64,000 nt of DNA from an uncultured Gemmatimonadaceae bacterium (GTDB lineage: Bacteria > Gemmatimonadota > Gemmatimonadetes > Gemmatimonadales > Gemmatimonadaceae): assembly GCA_963740355.1 (NCBI GenBank), contig CAVUDW010000003.1, positions 608,001-672,000 of the forward strand. Reading direction: 5' to 3'. Numbering within the stretch: position 1 is the first letter of the stretch; every line of letters starts with the position of its first letter. The notes beneath the pieces were generated by a model. It saw only the letters and a list, made by a program, of their open reading frames with translations, had not been told where the DNA came from and did not search any database. Below, one piece after another: positions 18,493 to 28,717 of this stretch. A program made the translations under genes and the position numbers.

Positions 18493-20849
18493 TGCAACCG
18501 GAAGAGGTAGCTGAACTTCATGAAGAACACGTCGCGGTTCGGCTGCAAGCCGCTGGTCCCGCCCGGCCGGTCCGCCCGCGAGGTGTTGCCATACCCGAGG
18601 TAGATCACCGTGCCCGGCGTCGGGAGGTAGGAGAAGAGGAAGTCGAGACGGCCGCGGAGTCGATCGAAGGCCGCCGCGCGCGTCAGCGAGCCGTCGGCAT
18701 TGCGGAAGTAGACTGGCAGCCCGGTGCGCGAGTCGTCGCGCAGGGAATCCTGCTGCAACTTGGCGACCTCGCCGATCACGCGCACGAACACCTGCCGCGA
18801 CACCTGGTACTCCACACGCACCCGCGGCACGTTCCGCGTCAGCACACGAGTGCCGTCGGTGCGGCGATCGTAGTGCTCGACATTCCAGGTGCCGGCGATT
18901 CGGAGCTGGTCGGTGGGGCGCACGTTGAGGCCGAGATTCAGGATCGCAATGCGAGCACTGCTCCACTCGGGAAAGTTCTCGTCGACGCCATAGAGCGCAA
19001 ACGACGTCAGCGAGAAGCGCTTGAACTCCGGCGTGTTGACGGACGCCACCCAGTCCACGTTCACCAGGTTCGGCGTGCCGCGGTACCCAACGGTGTCGAC
19101 ACCGCTGGTGGTCGGTGCGATGTAGACGTAGTTCGAATACAGGTCAGGATCGTACGAGAAACGCTCGAGTAGCAGCTGCGCGCCGACAGACCACCCGCGC
19201 TTGAGGCGCGAGTTCAGGCGGAAATGGAGCTTCTCGTCCTGCACCGGGCCGCCCTTCACGAAATCTGCATACCGGAAGCTGTTCAGCCACGCGATTTCCG
19301 GTGTTAGCGCTTCGATCAGGGAGCCGGGCTTGTTGAGGAAAGTGAACCGGTTCGTGAAGTTGACGTTCGCGATCCCGGACCGCGCGATGAAGCCGCTCTG
19401 CGCATCGAAGTCGGTGCCGATGCCGTTCACCGAGTATTGCCCGCCGAATCGGCGCCCGGTGACGTTCGCCGCAAGGCTGAAGAGCGGTGCGGTGGTCGTC
19501 ACGCCATCGGTGCGCGTGAAGCTGTTGGCGTATTGCCCCTGGATGCTGAGGATTCCGCGCACCAGTCGACCGTCGATTCCAGCCACGCGATTGAACTCAC
19601 CACCGTCCATCTTGTCGGTGTAGACCAGCCCGATGCGACTCTGCGAGCCGATGTCCCGTTGCACACGGAGGACATTGAAGATCGGGTTCTGGTTCCCGTT
19701 GAAGCTGGCGTCACGGTTATCGACGGCCGAGAGAAAGCCGATGTCGAAGCCGTTGACCTTGCCGGTGAGCTTCGTGGCCGCCACTGGCTGCGTGATGCGC
19801 CGCGTGTAGATCAAGCGACTCGGCGCTGAGAACTGCTCCTGGCTCTCGAGGAAGAACGGCCGCCGTTCGGCGAAGAAATTCTGCACTCGTGGGTCGTACG
19901 TGAACTGGGTTGCGTCCGCCTCGACCTGTGAGAAATCGGGGTTCGCGGTGCCCGAGAGCGTGAGGTTGCTGGTGATGCCCCATCGGACGCTCCCGCCGAG
20001 CTCCGGACGATTGCGATCGTACGCCCACCCGGCGGACGAGGGCAGCCCAACGGCTGACGACGTGACGGTCGGGATCACGTCGACCGTCAGCCCGCGGGAG
20101 AGGTTCCGCAGCCCGACGAGGCGTCCCGACTGCGCGAGGAAGCTCGACCCGGAGCGGGTCGTGGGCGCCCAGGTCTCCTCATGGCCCGTGGCCTGCACTG
20201 TCCGCACGACGTTCAACTGCCACTGTTGTTCTTCCCCCGCCCGGTAGCGCAGGCTCTTGAAGGGGATCTGGATTTCGACTTCGTAGCCATATGCCGTCAA
20301 ATGGCCCTTCGACTTCCAGACATAGTCCGGCGCGAGGTCTGCGGCCTCGCGCGACCGCACGATGCCGCCGGAGAAGCCACCACCCTGCACCGTGCCGGTC
20401 TCGATCAGCACACCATCGCTCTGGATGCCGATGGGATTGACAGCGAACAGCATCGCCTGTCGGCTGTCGTTGTAGGTGCCGAGAAAGAGCTGGATGTTGT
20501 CGTCGGCCGAGATCTTGTCGCGATCGGCGAGATTCTGGCGCACCGTGCCGGCGGGCGCGTAGGCCCGGATCCCAACATGCAATGCCGTGGAGGAGTAGAA
20601 CACGAAGACTTCCGTGCTGTCGTGTGCCGCCACGCCGTCGGTCGGGAAGTACTGGGAGAAGCCCGTCAGCAGCGCCGCATTCCGCCACGCCGGCTCATCG
20701 AGCACGCCATCGACGGTGATGCTGCCGGCCTCGCGCGGCGTGACGATGGACAGCGCCCCCCCGCGGCCGTTGTAGACCTTCCCGGCGTGGGGTTCGCCGG
20801 GGGGCAGCGTGATCGCGAGCGCGGAGAGGAGCAGGAGAGGTGAGAACAC
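18489..20849 (-). CDS. CBM9-like / DUF5916 outer-membrane protein
   Basis: ITVDGVLDEPAW, EIQIPFKSLRY, NPDFSQVEAD, FFAERRPFFLE, C-terminal FFMKFSYLF. Confidence 0.85.
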   Translation of the reverse strand: MFSPLLLLSALAITLPPGEPHAGKVYNGRGGALSIVTPREAGSITVDGVLDEPAWRNAALLTGFSQYFPTDGVAAHDSTEVFVFYSSTALHVGIRAYAPAGTVRQNLADRDKISADDNIQLFLGTYNDSRQAMLFAVNPIGIQSDGVLIETGTVQGGGFSGGIVRSREAADLAPDYVWKSKGHLTAYGYEVEIQIPFKSLRYRAGEEQQWQLNVVRTVQATGHEETWAPTTRSGSSFLAQSGRLVGLRNLSRGLTVDVIPTVTSSAVGLPSSAGWAYDRNRPELGGSVRWGITSNLTLSGTANPDFSQVEADATQFTYDPRVQNFFAERRPFFLESQEQFSAPSRLIYTRRITQPVAATKLTGKVNGFDIGFLSAVDNRDASFNGNQNPIFNVLRVQRDIGSQSRIGLVYTDKMDGGEFNRVAGIDGRLVRGILSIQGQYANSFTRTDGVTTTAPLFSLAANVTGRRFGGQYSVNGIGTDFDAQSGFIARSGIANVNFTNRFTFLNKPGSLIEALTPEIAWLNSFRYADFVKGGPVQDEKLHFRLNSRLKRGWSVGAQLLLERFSYDPDLYSNYVYIAPTTSGVDTVGYRGTPNLVNVDWVASVNTPEFKRFSLTSFALYGVDENFPEWSSARIAILNLGLNVRPTDQLRIAGTWNVEHYDRRTDGTRVLTRNVPRVRVEYQVSRQVFVRVIGEVAKLQQDSLRDDSRTGLPVYFRNADGSLTRAAAFDRLRGRLDFLFSYLPTPGTVIYLGYGNTSRADRPGGTSGLQPNRDVFFMKFSYLFRLQ

Positions 20850-21021
20850 CGGCGGGGCTGCTGAAAGGAATGGGGGCCCGATACCTGCCGGGCCGCGCGG
20901 GAACGATATGACACCGTCATCCGTCCCGCACGTTGCCGACACGACGTGCGTCCGGCAACTTTTGTGTCTCAGTAACGGCGGACTGCCGCCACACGCTGCA
21001 CCCCTCATTCGCCTTTCCCGC

Positions 21022-23346
21022 ATGCGCCGCTTCTCCGGACCCCAGCTGCGCGTCGCGCTGCTGGCCCTCCCCCTCTCGCTGGCTGCCGCCACCGAGGCCG
21101 CAGCCCAGACCCGCCGCACCTTCACCGCCGAGGATTACGACCGGGCGGTTCGGATGCTTGGCCAGACCGTCGGCCCGCTGGCGGTTGGCGGCACGACGCC
21201 GAACCTGAGCTGGCTCCCCGACGGGAAGTTCTACTATCGGAGCGTCCGCCCCGCCGGGACGGAGTTCGTGCTGGTGGACCCGCGCGCCAAGTCACGCGCG
21301 CCGCTGTTCGATCACGTGAAGGTCGCCGCCGCGCTCTCAGCCGCAGCCGGCGGCAGCTACACGGCGACGGCCCTGCCCTTCCAGTCGGTCGAGCTCTCCG
21401 ACGACCGGAAGAGCATCCTCGTCAGCGCACCCGGCGGACGACGCTTCCGCTGCGATGTCTCCGGTGCGGCCTGTGCGGCGGCTGGTCAGGCTCCGGCGCC
21501 GGCCGTCGGTCGCGGGCTGTCGGTCATTTCGCCGGACGGCAAGCGCGCCGCCTATGTGAAGGACTGGAATCTCTGGGTGCGCGACGTCGCAACCGGCGCG
21601 GAAACCCAGCTGACCACCGACGGCACGAAGAACTTCGGCTACGCCACCGACAACGCCGGCTGGGCGACCAGCGATCGGGCGATCCTGCTCTGGTCGCCCG
21701 ACTCGAAGAAGATTGCGACGCAGCAGCAGGACGAACGCAATGTCGGCGACATGTACCTGGTGCAGACCAAGGTCGGTCATCCGACGCTGCGCGCCTGGAA
21801 GTACCCCCTGCCCGGCGACAGCGTGGTGGCGATGGTGCACCGCGTCGTGATCGACGTCGACACCCGCAGCATGGTTCGCCTCAAGATGGCGCCGGACTTT
21901 CATCGCGCGACACTCGGCGATGACATCTCGATGAGCGACTACGTCTTCAGCCCGGACGGTTCGCAGCTGGCGCTGGCGTCGACGTCACGCGATCACAAGC
22001 AGACGATCGTGCGCCTTGCAGATACGAAGACCGGCGACGTGCGCACCGTGTTCGAGGAGACGGTGCCAACGCACTTCGAGTCGATCACGGGGTGGCGCGT
22101 GCTGTGGGGCAGCAAGGAGATCGTCTGGAACTCGCAGCGCGACGACTGGAGCCAGCTCTATCTGTATGACCTGACCACGGGCCAGCTGAAGAACAAGATC
22201 ACGACGGGTGAAGGACCGGTGAGCTCGATCGTGCGCATCGACGAGAAGACGCGGACGATCTGGTACGGCGCACAGGGACGCGAGAAGGGCCAGGACCCGT
22301 ACCTGCAGCACTTCTATCGCGCGGGCCTCGACGGTCGCAACGTGCGTCGTCGCTGACGCCGGACGATGGCGACCATCGCCTCCAGCTCTCGACGGATGGC
22401 AAGTGGCTGGTCGACACCTGGTCGCGCGCGGACATGGCGCCGCAGACGGCGCTGCGTGATGATGCAGGCCGACTGGTGATGTCGCTCGAAACGGCCGACA
22501 TCTCCAAGCTCGCTGGCGAGTGGCTGGAAGCCGCCGATGCTGTTTCACGTGAAGGCGGCCGACGGCACCACGGACATCTACGGTCAGCTCTATCGTCCCA
22601 CGAACTTCGATTCGACGAAGAAATATCCGATCATCAACAACGCCTACCCGGGCCCGCAGACGGGCAGCGTGGGCTCGCGCGCCTTCTCGGCCGCGCATGG
22701 CGACAAGCAGGCGCTGGCCGAACTTGGCTTCGTGGTGGTGAGCATCGATGGTCGCGGCAGCGGGCCGGGGCGCTCGAAGAGCTTTCATGACGCGTATTAC
22801 GGCGCGATGGGACGCGACAACACGCTCCCCGATCAGGTGGCGGGGATGCAGGAACTTGCGAAGCGCTACTCGTGGATCGACATCGACAAGGCGGCGATGT
22901 GGGGCCACTCGGGCGGCGGCTTCATCACGGCCGACGCGATGTTCCGCTATCCCGACTTCTTCAAGGTCGGCATCTCGGAATCGGGCAACCACGACCAGCG
23001 TAACTACGAAGACGATTGGGGCGAGCGGTATCAGGGCCTGCTCGCACGGGGCCCGAACGGCGGCGCCGACAGCTACGCGATCGAGGCGAATCAATCATTG
23101 GCCAAGAACCTCCGCGGCCACCTGCTGCTCGCGCACGGCACGATGGACAACAACGTGCCGCCGGACAACACGCTCCTCGTCGTCGATGCGCTCATCCGCG
23201 CCAACAAGGACTTCGATCTCCTGCTCATCCCCAACGCCGCACATGGTTATGGCAGTGCATCGAGCTACATGATGCGCCGTCGCTGGGACTACTTCGTCCG
23301 CTGGCTCCTCGACGCTGAGCCACCGCGCGACTATCAGATCAAGTAA
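21022..23346 (+). pseudogene. S9 (DPP IV-like) peptidase interrupted by two frameshifts (about 22345-22350 and about 22512), or local sequence errors
   Basis: Propeller domain in 21022-22356; middle frame gives SLTPDDGDH..SLETADISKL; original frame resumes LASGWKPPMLFHVK; catalytic GHSGGG, GTMDNNV, HGY. Confidence 0.8.
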
Positions 23347-23353
23347 CGGCAAA

Positions 23354-23670
23354 ACGCAGAGACGCAGAGACGCAGAGAACAGCAACAGCAACTGTGACTG
23401 CCTTGTCGCAAAAGGGCAGGCAGATAATGCAACAGCCGCAAAACTGCAAACGGCCGCAAAACTCCTCGCGTGGAGTTTGCGGCCGTTTGCAGTTGAAGCT
23501 GATGAACTTTTTGGGAACGACTCGCCCACCGACGCCTCGTTTCCAAGGCCCTTCCCCCTAGCCGTTGCAGTTGCCGTTGCCCTGGCTGTTCCTCTGCGTC
23601 TCTGCGTCTCTGCGATTTGCTGTGGCCGTTCTGCGGCTGTTCTGTTCTGCGGCTGTTCAGTTCTGCGTTA
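23354..23670. repeat. Intergenic nested-palindrome element C (same family)
   Basis: Arms (CGCAGAGA)3 23355-23383 / 23586-23614; internal hairpin 23442-23494; core CTTTTTGGGAAC 23507-23518 and CTTCCCCCTAGCCGTTGCAGTTG from 23551. Confidence 0.85.
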
Positions 23671-23672
23671 AC

Positions 23673-25043
23673 TCAAGGCACCACAGACGCCCGTGTGATG
23701 CGATTCAGGAGCACAGCGGTGCGCGCGATCTGGATGGCGACGGTTCGTGTCTGCAGTGTTTCGTTGACGGTGTGGCCGCCGGTGCCGCCGGGGCCGAGGC
23801 CGTCGATGACCTGGGGAACGGTACTGGCGATGAAGGAGACATCGGCGGCGCCGGCGCGGGCGGGGTTGTCCATGCCCACTGGCCCCAGCCCAAGGTTCTG
23901 GCTGGCACGACTGAAGGCCGCGAGCAGGTCGGTGTTGCCCGCTTTCGGTGCCATCGGCGGGTAGCCGTCGGTGAACGTCAGCGTGGCGGTGGTGTGTGGT
24001 GACGCGGACGCGACGATCGCCTGCATCTTCGCCTTCGCTGCCGTCACGGCTTCCGGAGAGATCACGCGCAGGTCCCCCGTCACCGTGAAAACTTCGGGCA
24101 CGATGTTGCTCTTCCCGAACGCCGTGCCGCGCGTGCCAGTGCTGTCGAGCGTGATCGTCGTGCCACCCAGTGCCACACCAGCATTGAAGGTCCGCAGCGG
24201 GTCGCCACCGAGTTGCAGGCGGAATTCGTTGAGCAGTCGCGCTGCTTCGTAAATAGCACCGGGCCCGATGTCGTCCCGAAAGATCTGCGACGAATGCGCC
24301 GGCGTGCCCTTCACTTTCAGCGTCCAGCCCGTGAAGCCGCGACGCGCGGCAACGGCCGTGCGCGGATCGCCGTCACCATCTTCGAAGCCGATCGCGATCT
24401 GCGATCGCGCACCAGCGTCGACGAGCACCTTGCGCGCGGCAGCAATCGGCGAGCCAGGATCTTCCTCGTCACCATTGAGCACGACGGTGATGCTCATCCG
24501 GTCCAGCTGACCCGCCGCCTTCAGTGCCTTGATCGCGAAGAGCATGATTACGTCCCCGCCCTTCATGTCGGTCGAGCCCGGGCCACGCGCGGTGCTGTCG
24601 GAAAGCCGCTCCCAGCGCTGGAACGGGCTGTCCGGCTCGAACACGGTATCGAGGTGGCCGATCAGCAGCACGCGGGGCCCGGTTCCGGTGCGCTCCGCCA
24701 CCAGATGTCCGGCTCGACCGAATGCGGCCCCATCCTCCCACCGTGTCGTGAATCCAAGCGCATCGTATTCGGCGCGCAGGATGCGCCCCACCTCGCGCAC
24801 GCCGGCCTGGTTCTGGGTCCCGCTGTTGACGTTCACCAACCGCTCCAGCAGCGCCAGCGCCTCGGTATCGTGGGCGGTCGCGTGCCGCGCCAGGAGACGC
24901 TCGGTCTTGGAGAGTGAGTCAGCGAGAAGAGGCGCCATCGGGATGCCTGCTGCTGGGTGCCGCACCGGCGTCGCCATCGCGCCGGAGGTCGTCGCGAGCA
25001 GCAGTGCCGCAGCAGCGGTCGGGAATCGCACGTCAAAACGCAT
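23673..25043 (-). CDS. M20 family metallopeptidase (glutamate carboxypeptidase G2-like), secreted
   Basis: LIGHLDTVF, GPGSTDMKGG, GDEE, FE, AHSS, GGHTVNE. Confidence 0.9.
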   Translation of the reverse strand: MRFDVRFPTAAAALLLATTSGAMATPVRHPAAGIPMAPLLADSLSKTERLLARHATAHDTEALALLERLVNVNSGTQNQAGVREVGRILRAEYDALGFTTRWEDGAAFGRAGHLVAERTGTGPRVLLIGHLDTVFEPDSPFQRWERLSDSTARGPGSTDMKGGDVIMLFAIKALKAAGQLDRMSITVVLNGDEEDPGSPIAAARKVLVDAGARSQIAIGFEDGDGDPRTAVAARRGFTGWTLKVKGTPAHSSQIFRDDIGPGAIYEAARLLNEFRLQLGGDPLRTFNAGVALGGTTITLDSTGTRGTAFGKSNIVPEVFTVTGDLRVISPEAVTAAKAKMQAIVASASPHTTATLTFTDGYPPMAPKAGNTDLLAAFSRASQNLGLGPVGMDNPARAGAADVSFIASTVPQVIDGLGPGGTGGHTVNETLQTRTVAIQIARTAVLLNRITRASVVP

Positions 25044-25248
25044 TGCAGACGGATGGAGGGAGAAGGCCGATCGATCAGGTCCGTCTGGAAGGATATCCGC
25101 CGGTGGCAATCGCGACACCGCGTCGCGGGCCGAGGCGTCGAACTCCCTCACACCGCCGCGCCAGGGCAGAGGCTCTTGCTGACTCTCTGTCCCGAGGCTT
25201 CGATTGTCCGCGTCAGCCCTGCACCAGTCGAACGCCCCGGAGGCCGGA

Positions 25249-26928
25249 ATGCTCGAATCCACGATGATGGACTACCAGCTCACCATCCCGTCGATTCTCG
25301 AGCGGGCGATACGCATGTCGCCCAACCAGGAGATCGTCTCGGTCATCGCGGCCGGTGTCGACCCGGAGACCAAGGCCCCGATCCCGGCGGTCCATCGCAC
25401 CACCTACGGCAAGACCTACCCTCGCGTGATGCAGCTCTGCAACGCGCTCGTGGCGGCCGGCGTGAAGTCCGGCGATCGCGTGGCGACGATGGCGCTCAAC
25501 ACCTACCGGCACTACGAGCTGTACTTCGCCGCACCATCGGTCGGCGCTGTCTGCCACATGGTCAACATCCGCCTGCCGCTGGAGCAGATCGCCTACATCC
25601 TCAATCACGCCGAAGACCGGATTCTCTTCATCGAGAATGTCTTCGCTGGCATGATCCCGCTGATCCGACAGCACGCGCCACACGTCGAGACGATCATCGT
25701 GCTCGGCCCGATTCCTGGCGGCCTGCCACCGGGTGTGATCGACTACGAGACGTTCATCAGCGGCCAGCCGACGACCTTCACCTATCCGGAGATCGACGAG
25801 CGTCAGGCAAGCGGCATGTGTTACACGAGCGGTACGACGGGCGAGCCGAAGGGCGTGCTCTACAGTCACCGCGCGATCGTTCTGCACAGCCTCGCCAGCC
25901 TCTCGACGCAACTGCTCGGTGTGAACTCGCACGAAGTGATCATGCCGATCGTGCCGATGTTCCACGTCAATGGATGGGGATATCCGTATACCTGCACCAT
26001 GGCCGGCGCCAAGCAGGTGTATATGAGCGTCTTCACCGACCCGAAGACGATCGTGCGCATCGCGGCCGAAGAACACGTGACGGTGTGCGCTGGCGTGCCG
26101 ACGATCTTCCTCGGCCTGATCGACGAGATGGATCGCGCAGCTGCCGCTGGCACCCCATACGCTATTCCCACGCTGAAGACGCTGGTGGTGGGCGGCAGCT
26201 CGACGCCCCGCGCATTGATTGCCGGCTTCGGCGATCGCCATGGCATACACGTCAAGCCCGCCTGGGGCATGACGGAGACCACTCCGCTGGGCACGGTGAA
26301 CACGGTCCGCGCCGAAGACTTCCCCAACGACAAGCAGCTGAAGTACGACCGCATGATGTACAGCGGCCAGATGTCACCGCTGGTCGAGCTGAAGATCGAG
26401 GAGGAGGATGGCACCGAGATCCCGTGGGGCACGGGCGAGTCCGGCCGTCTGCTGATCCGCGGCCCATGGATCACGGGCAGCTATTTCCGCAATCCTGACG
26501 CGACCGCCGCGACACAGCAGAACGGCTGGTTCGACACCGGCGACATCGCGACGATCGAGGCCGACGGCACGATGATGATCCAGGACCGCGCCAAGGACCT
26601 GATCAAGTCCGGCGGCGAATGGATCAGCAGTGTCGACCTCGAAAATCAGCTCATGGGTCACCCGCTGCTGCGCGAAGCGGCGGTCATCGCCGTGGCGCAC
26701 CCGAAGTGGGACGAGCGTCCACTCGGTGTGATCGTGCTCCGCGATCCGGCCGTGCCGGTCTCGAAGGCCGACCTCGACAAGTACCTCCTCGAGCGCGCCG
26801 TCGCCAAGTGGCAACTCCCCGACGCCTACGAAGTCGTCGACGAAATCCCCAAGACCACCGTCGGCAAGTTCCTCAAGCGCGCCCTCCGCGAACGCTTCAA
26901 GAACTACAAACTCCCCGACATCACCTGA
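25249..26928 (+). CDS. Medium/long-chain fatty-acid-CoA ligase (AlkK/DmdB-like)
   Basis: [57 protein letters not shown]. Confidence 0.92.
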   Translation: MLESTMMDYQLTIPSILERAIRMSPNQEIVSVIAAGVDPETKAPIPAVHRTTYGKTYPRVMQLCNALVAAGVKSGDRVATMALNTYRHYELYFAAPSVGAVCHMVNIRLPLEQIAYILNHAEDRILFIENVFAGMIPLIRQHAPHVETIIVLGPIPGGLPPGVIDYETFISGQPTTFTYPEIDERQASGMCYTSGTTGEPKGVLYSHRAIVLHSLASLSTQLLGVNSHEVIMPIVPMFHVNGWGYPYTCTMAGAKQVYMSVFTDPKTIVRIAAEEHVTVCAGVPTIFLGLIDEMDRAAAAGTPYAIPTLKTLVVGGSSTPRALIAGFGDRHGIHVKPAWGMTETTPLGTVNTVRAEDFPNDKQLKYDRMMYSGQMSPLVELKIEEEDGTEIPWGTGESGRLLIRGPWITGSYFRNPDATAATQQNGWFDTGDIATIEADGTMMIQDRAKDLIKSGGEWISSVDLENQLMGHPLLREAAVIAVAHPKWDERPLGVIVLRDPAVPVSKADLDKYLLERAVAKWQLPDAYEVVDEIPKTTVGKFLKRALRERFKNYKLPDIT

Positions 26929-26950
26929 ACCTCGTGGAGCCGGAGCCGCG

Positions 26951-27296
26951 TTCGGTCGGTGTCCTTTTGTGCTAAACACCGAGGCGGGCGTCGGTGTTGC
27001 TCGGAGTAAACACCGAAGGCGCGCTGCGCGCGCCTCGCGGAGAGCGCGGTGAGCCGCGGAGGAACGCGGGGAACGGCAACAGCGACTGCAACTGCAACTG
27101 CTTTTTGGGAACTGCTAACGCGCGAGCGACTTCGCCTCGCGAGTGCAGTTCCCCCAAGCTTTTGCAGTTGATCTTCTCCGCGTTCCTCCGCGGCTCTCCG
27201 CGATCCCCGCGGGCGCGCGCAGCGCGCCTCGGTGTTTACTCAGCCCATACACCGACCGCCCGCCTCGGTGTTTAGCCCATAAGGACACCGACCAAA
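26951..27296. repeat. Intergenic element D: about 345-bp imperfect palindrome (same family)
   Basis: 26951-27073 is the near reverse complement of about 27174-27296; core 27095-27115 pairs with 27145-27170. Confidence 0.9.
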
Positions 27297-27302
27297 GTCG
27301 GA

Positions 27303-28691
27303 CTACATCATCGGTCGCGATGCTGACCAGCCGCCGCGGGTGAAGTCGGGGAACTGGATCGGCATGCTGCCCTTGGCGACGGAGAGTTCGCTCAGTGGGC
27401 CGGGGGCGCTCCAGGAGGCGGCGTCGTAGACGTCCATGTCGGGCGTGAGGCCTTCGCGCATCACCTGGATCAGGCGGTAGGCCATCACGTAGTCCATGCC
27501 ACCGTGGCCGCCGGCGCGAGCCTTCTCGCCCAGCTCACGCCAGAGCGGGTGTTCGTACTTTGCCTTGTAGGCATCGATCGTCGTCCAGCGATCCTCGGCG
27601 CCATCACCCTCGATGTAAATGCGCGCCGGGTAATCCTCGAAGATGCCCTTCGTGCCCTGGATCGAGTTGATGCGCGAGTAGGGACGCGGGCTCGAGACAT
27701 CATGCTCGACGCGGATCGTCCGGCCCTTGGCCGTTTTCACCAGCGAGATGCTCAGGTCGCCCGTGACGTACTTCTCGGCCCACTTCGGCGAATCCTTCGG
27801 CTCGTGGTCCGCGCGCCACTTCGTCAGGCCCATCTCCGGTGTGCTCATCGACACCAGATAGTCGAACTTGTCACCGCGATTGATGTTCATCATCGCCGCG
27901 ATCGGGCCCAGGCCGTGCGTCGGATAGAGGTTCGCATTGCGCAGCGTGTGGTGCGCACGACGCCAAAGCCCTTCGTCACGATTCTCGAACAGGATCTCGC
28001 GAAGGTCGTGATTGTAGGCCGCGCCGCCGTGCTTGATCTCGCCGAACATGCCAGCGCGCACCATGTTGAGGATCATCAGCTCGTTGTAGCCGTAGCTGCA
28101 ATTTTCCATCATGATGCAATGCTTGCGCGCGCGCTCCGACGCGTCGACCAGCTTCCAGCAATCCTCGATCGTGTACGCCGCCGGCACCTCGGTGGCCGCA
28201 TGTTTACCTGCCTTCAGCGCGGCGAGACAGACCGGCACGTGCCACTGCCAGGGCGTCGCCGTGTAGACAATGTCGATGTCGTCACGCTGCACCAGCCGCT
28301 CGTAGGCATGTTCGTCACCAGTGAACCGGGCCGGTTCGTACGTGTGACCTGCGTCGCGCATCTGCTTCACGGCAAGGTCGAGCTTTGCAGGGACCGTATC
28401 GCAGATCGCCGTGATTCGCACATTCTCGACGCCCAGCAGTTCATGCAGTACCGAGCGGCCGCGCAGTCCCGTACCCACGATCGCAACCCGCACCACCGCA
28501 TGTTTCTCGAACGGCACGCCGAGCATGGTGGCGGCGGCCTGCGTTGGCTGCGGCAGCGCGATCGGGGTCAGCTGCGCCGGACCAGACTCGGCATGCACAA
28601 CCGATGGCAGCCCGAGCGCCATGCCTGCGCCGGCCAGTGCGGCCCCCTTCAGAAGGTCGCGGCGCGAAGGATCGTTGGGCGTGTCGGACAT
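27303..28691 (-). CDS. GH109 NAD+-dependent alpha-N-acetylgalactosaminidase (Gfo/Idh/MocA fold), TAT signal
   Basis: SRRDLLK TAT motif; ATPWQWH, GKHAATEVPAA, MMENCSY, YNHDLR, LYPTHGLGP, PRPYSR, GGHGGMDY. Confidence 0.88.
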   Translation of the reverse strand: MSDTPNDPSRRDLLKGAALAGAGMALGLPSVVHAESGPAQLTPIALPQPTQAAATMLGVPFEKHAVVRVAIVGTGLRGRSVLHELLGVENVRITAICDTVPAKLDLAVKQMRDAGHTYEPARFTGDEHAYERLVQRDDIDIVYTATPWQWHVPVCLAALKAGKHAATEVPAAYTIEDCWKLVDASERARKHCIMMENCSYGYNELMILNMVRAGMFGEIKHGGAAYNHDLREILFENRDEGLWRRAHHTLRNANLYPTHGLGPIAAMMNINRGDKFDYLVSMSTPEMGLTKWRADHEPKDSPKWAEKYVTGDLSISLVKTAKGRTIRVEHDVSSPRPYSRINSIQGTKGIFEDYPARIYIEGDGAEDRWTTIDAYKAKYEHPLWRELGEKARAGGHGGMDYVMAYRLIQVMREGLTPDMDVYDAASWSAPGPLSELSVAKGSMPIQFPDFTRGGWSASRPMM

Positions 28692-28717
28692 GGCAGTCGA
28701 AGAAAGGGGGACGGGAT

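Noticed and set aside
22340..22360. Programmed ribosomal frameshift in the S9 gene
   Set aside because: No slippery heptamer is visible and a second shift would also be needed; error or decay is more parsimonious.
13997..27170. Integron attC sites (AAC...GTT inverted cores)
   Set aside because: The cores read GGGAAC/GTTCCC, not RYYYAAC/GTTRRRY; flanking genes are not a co-oriented cassette array and no integrase is present.
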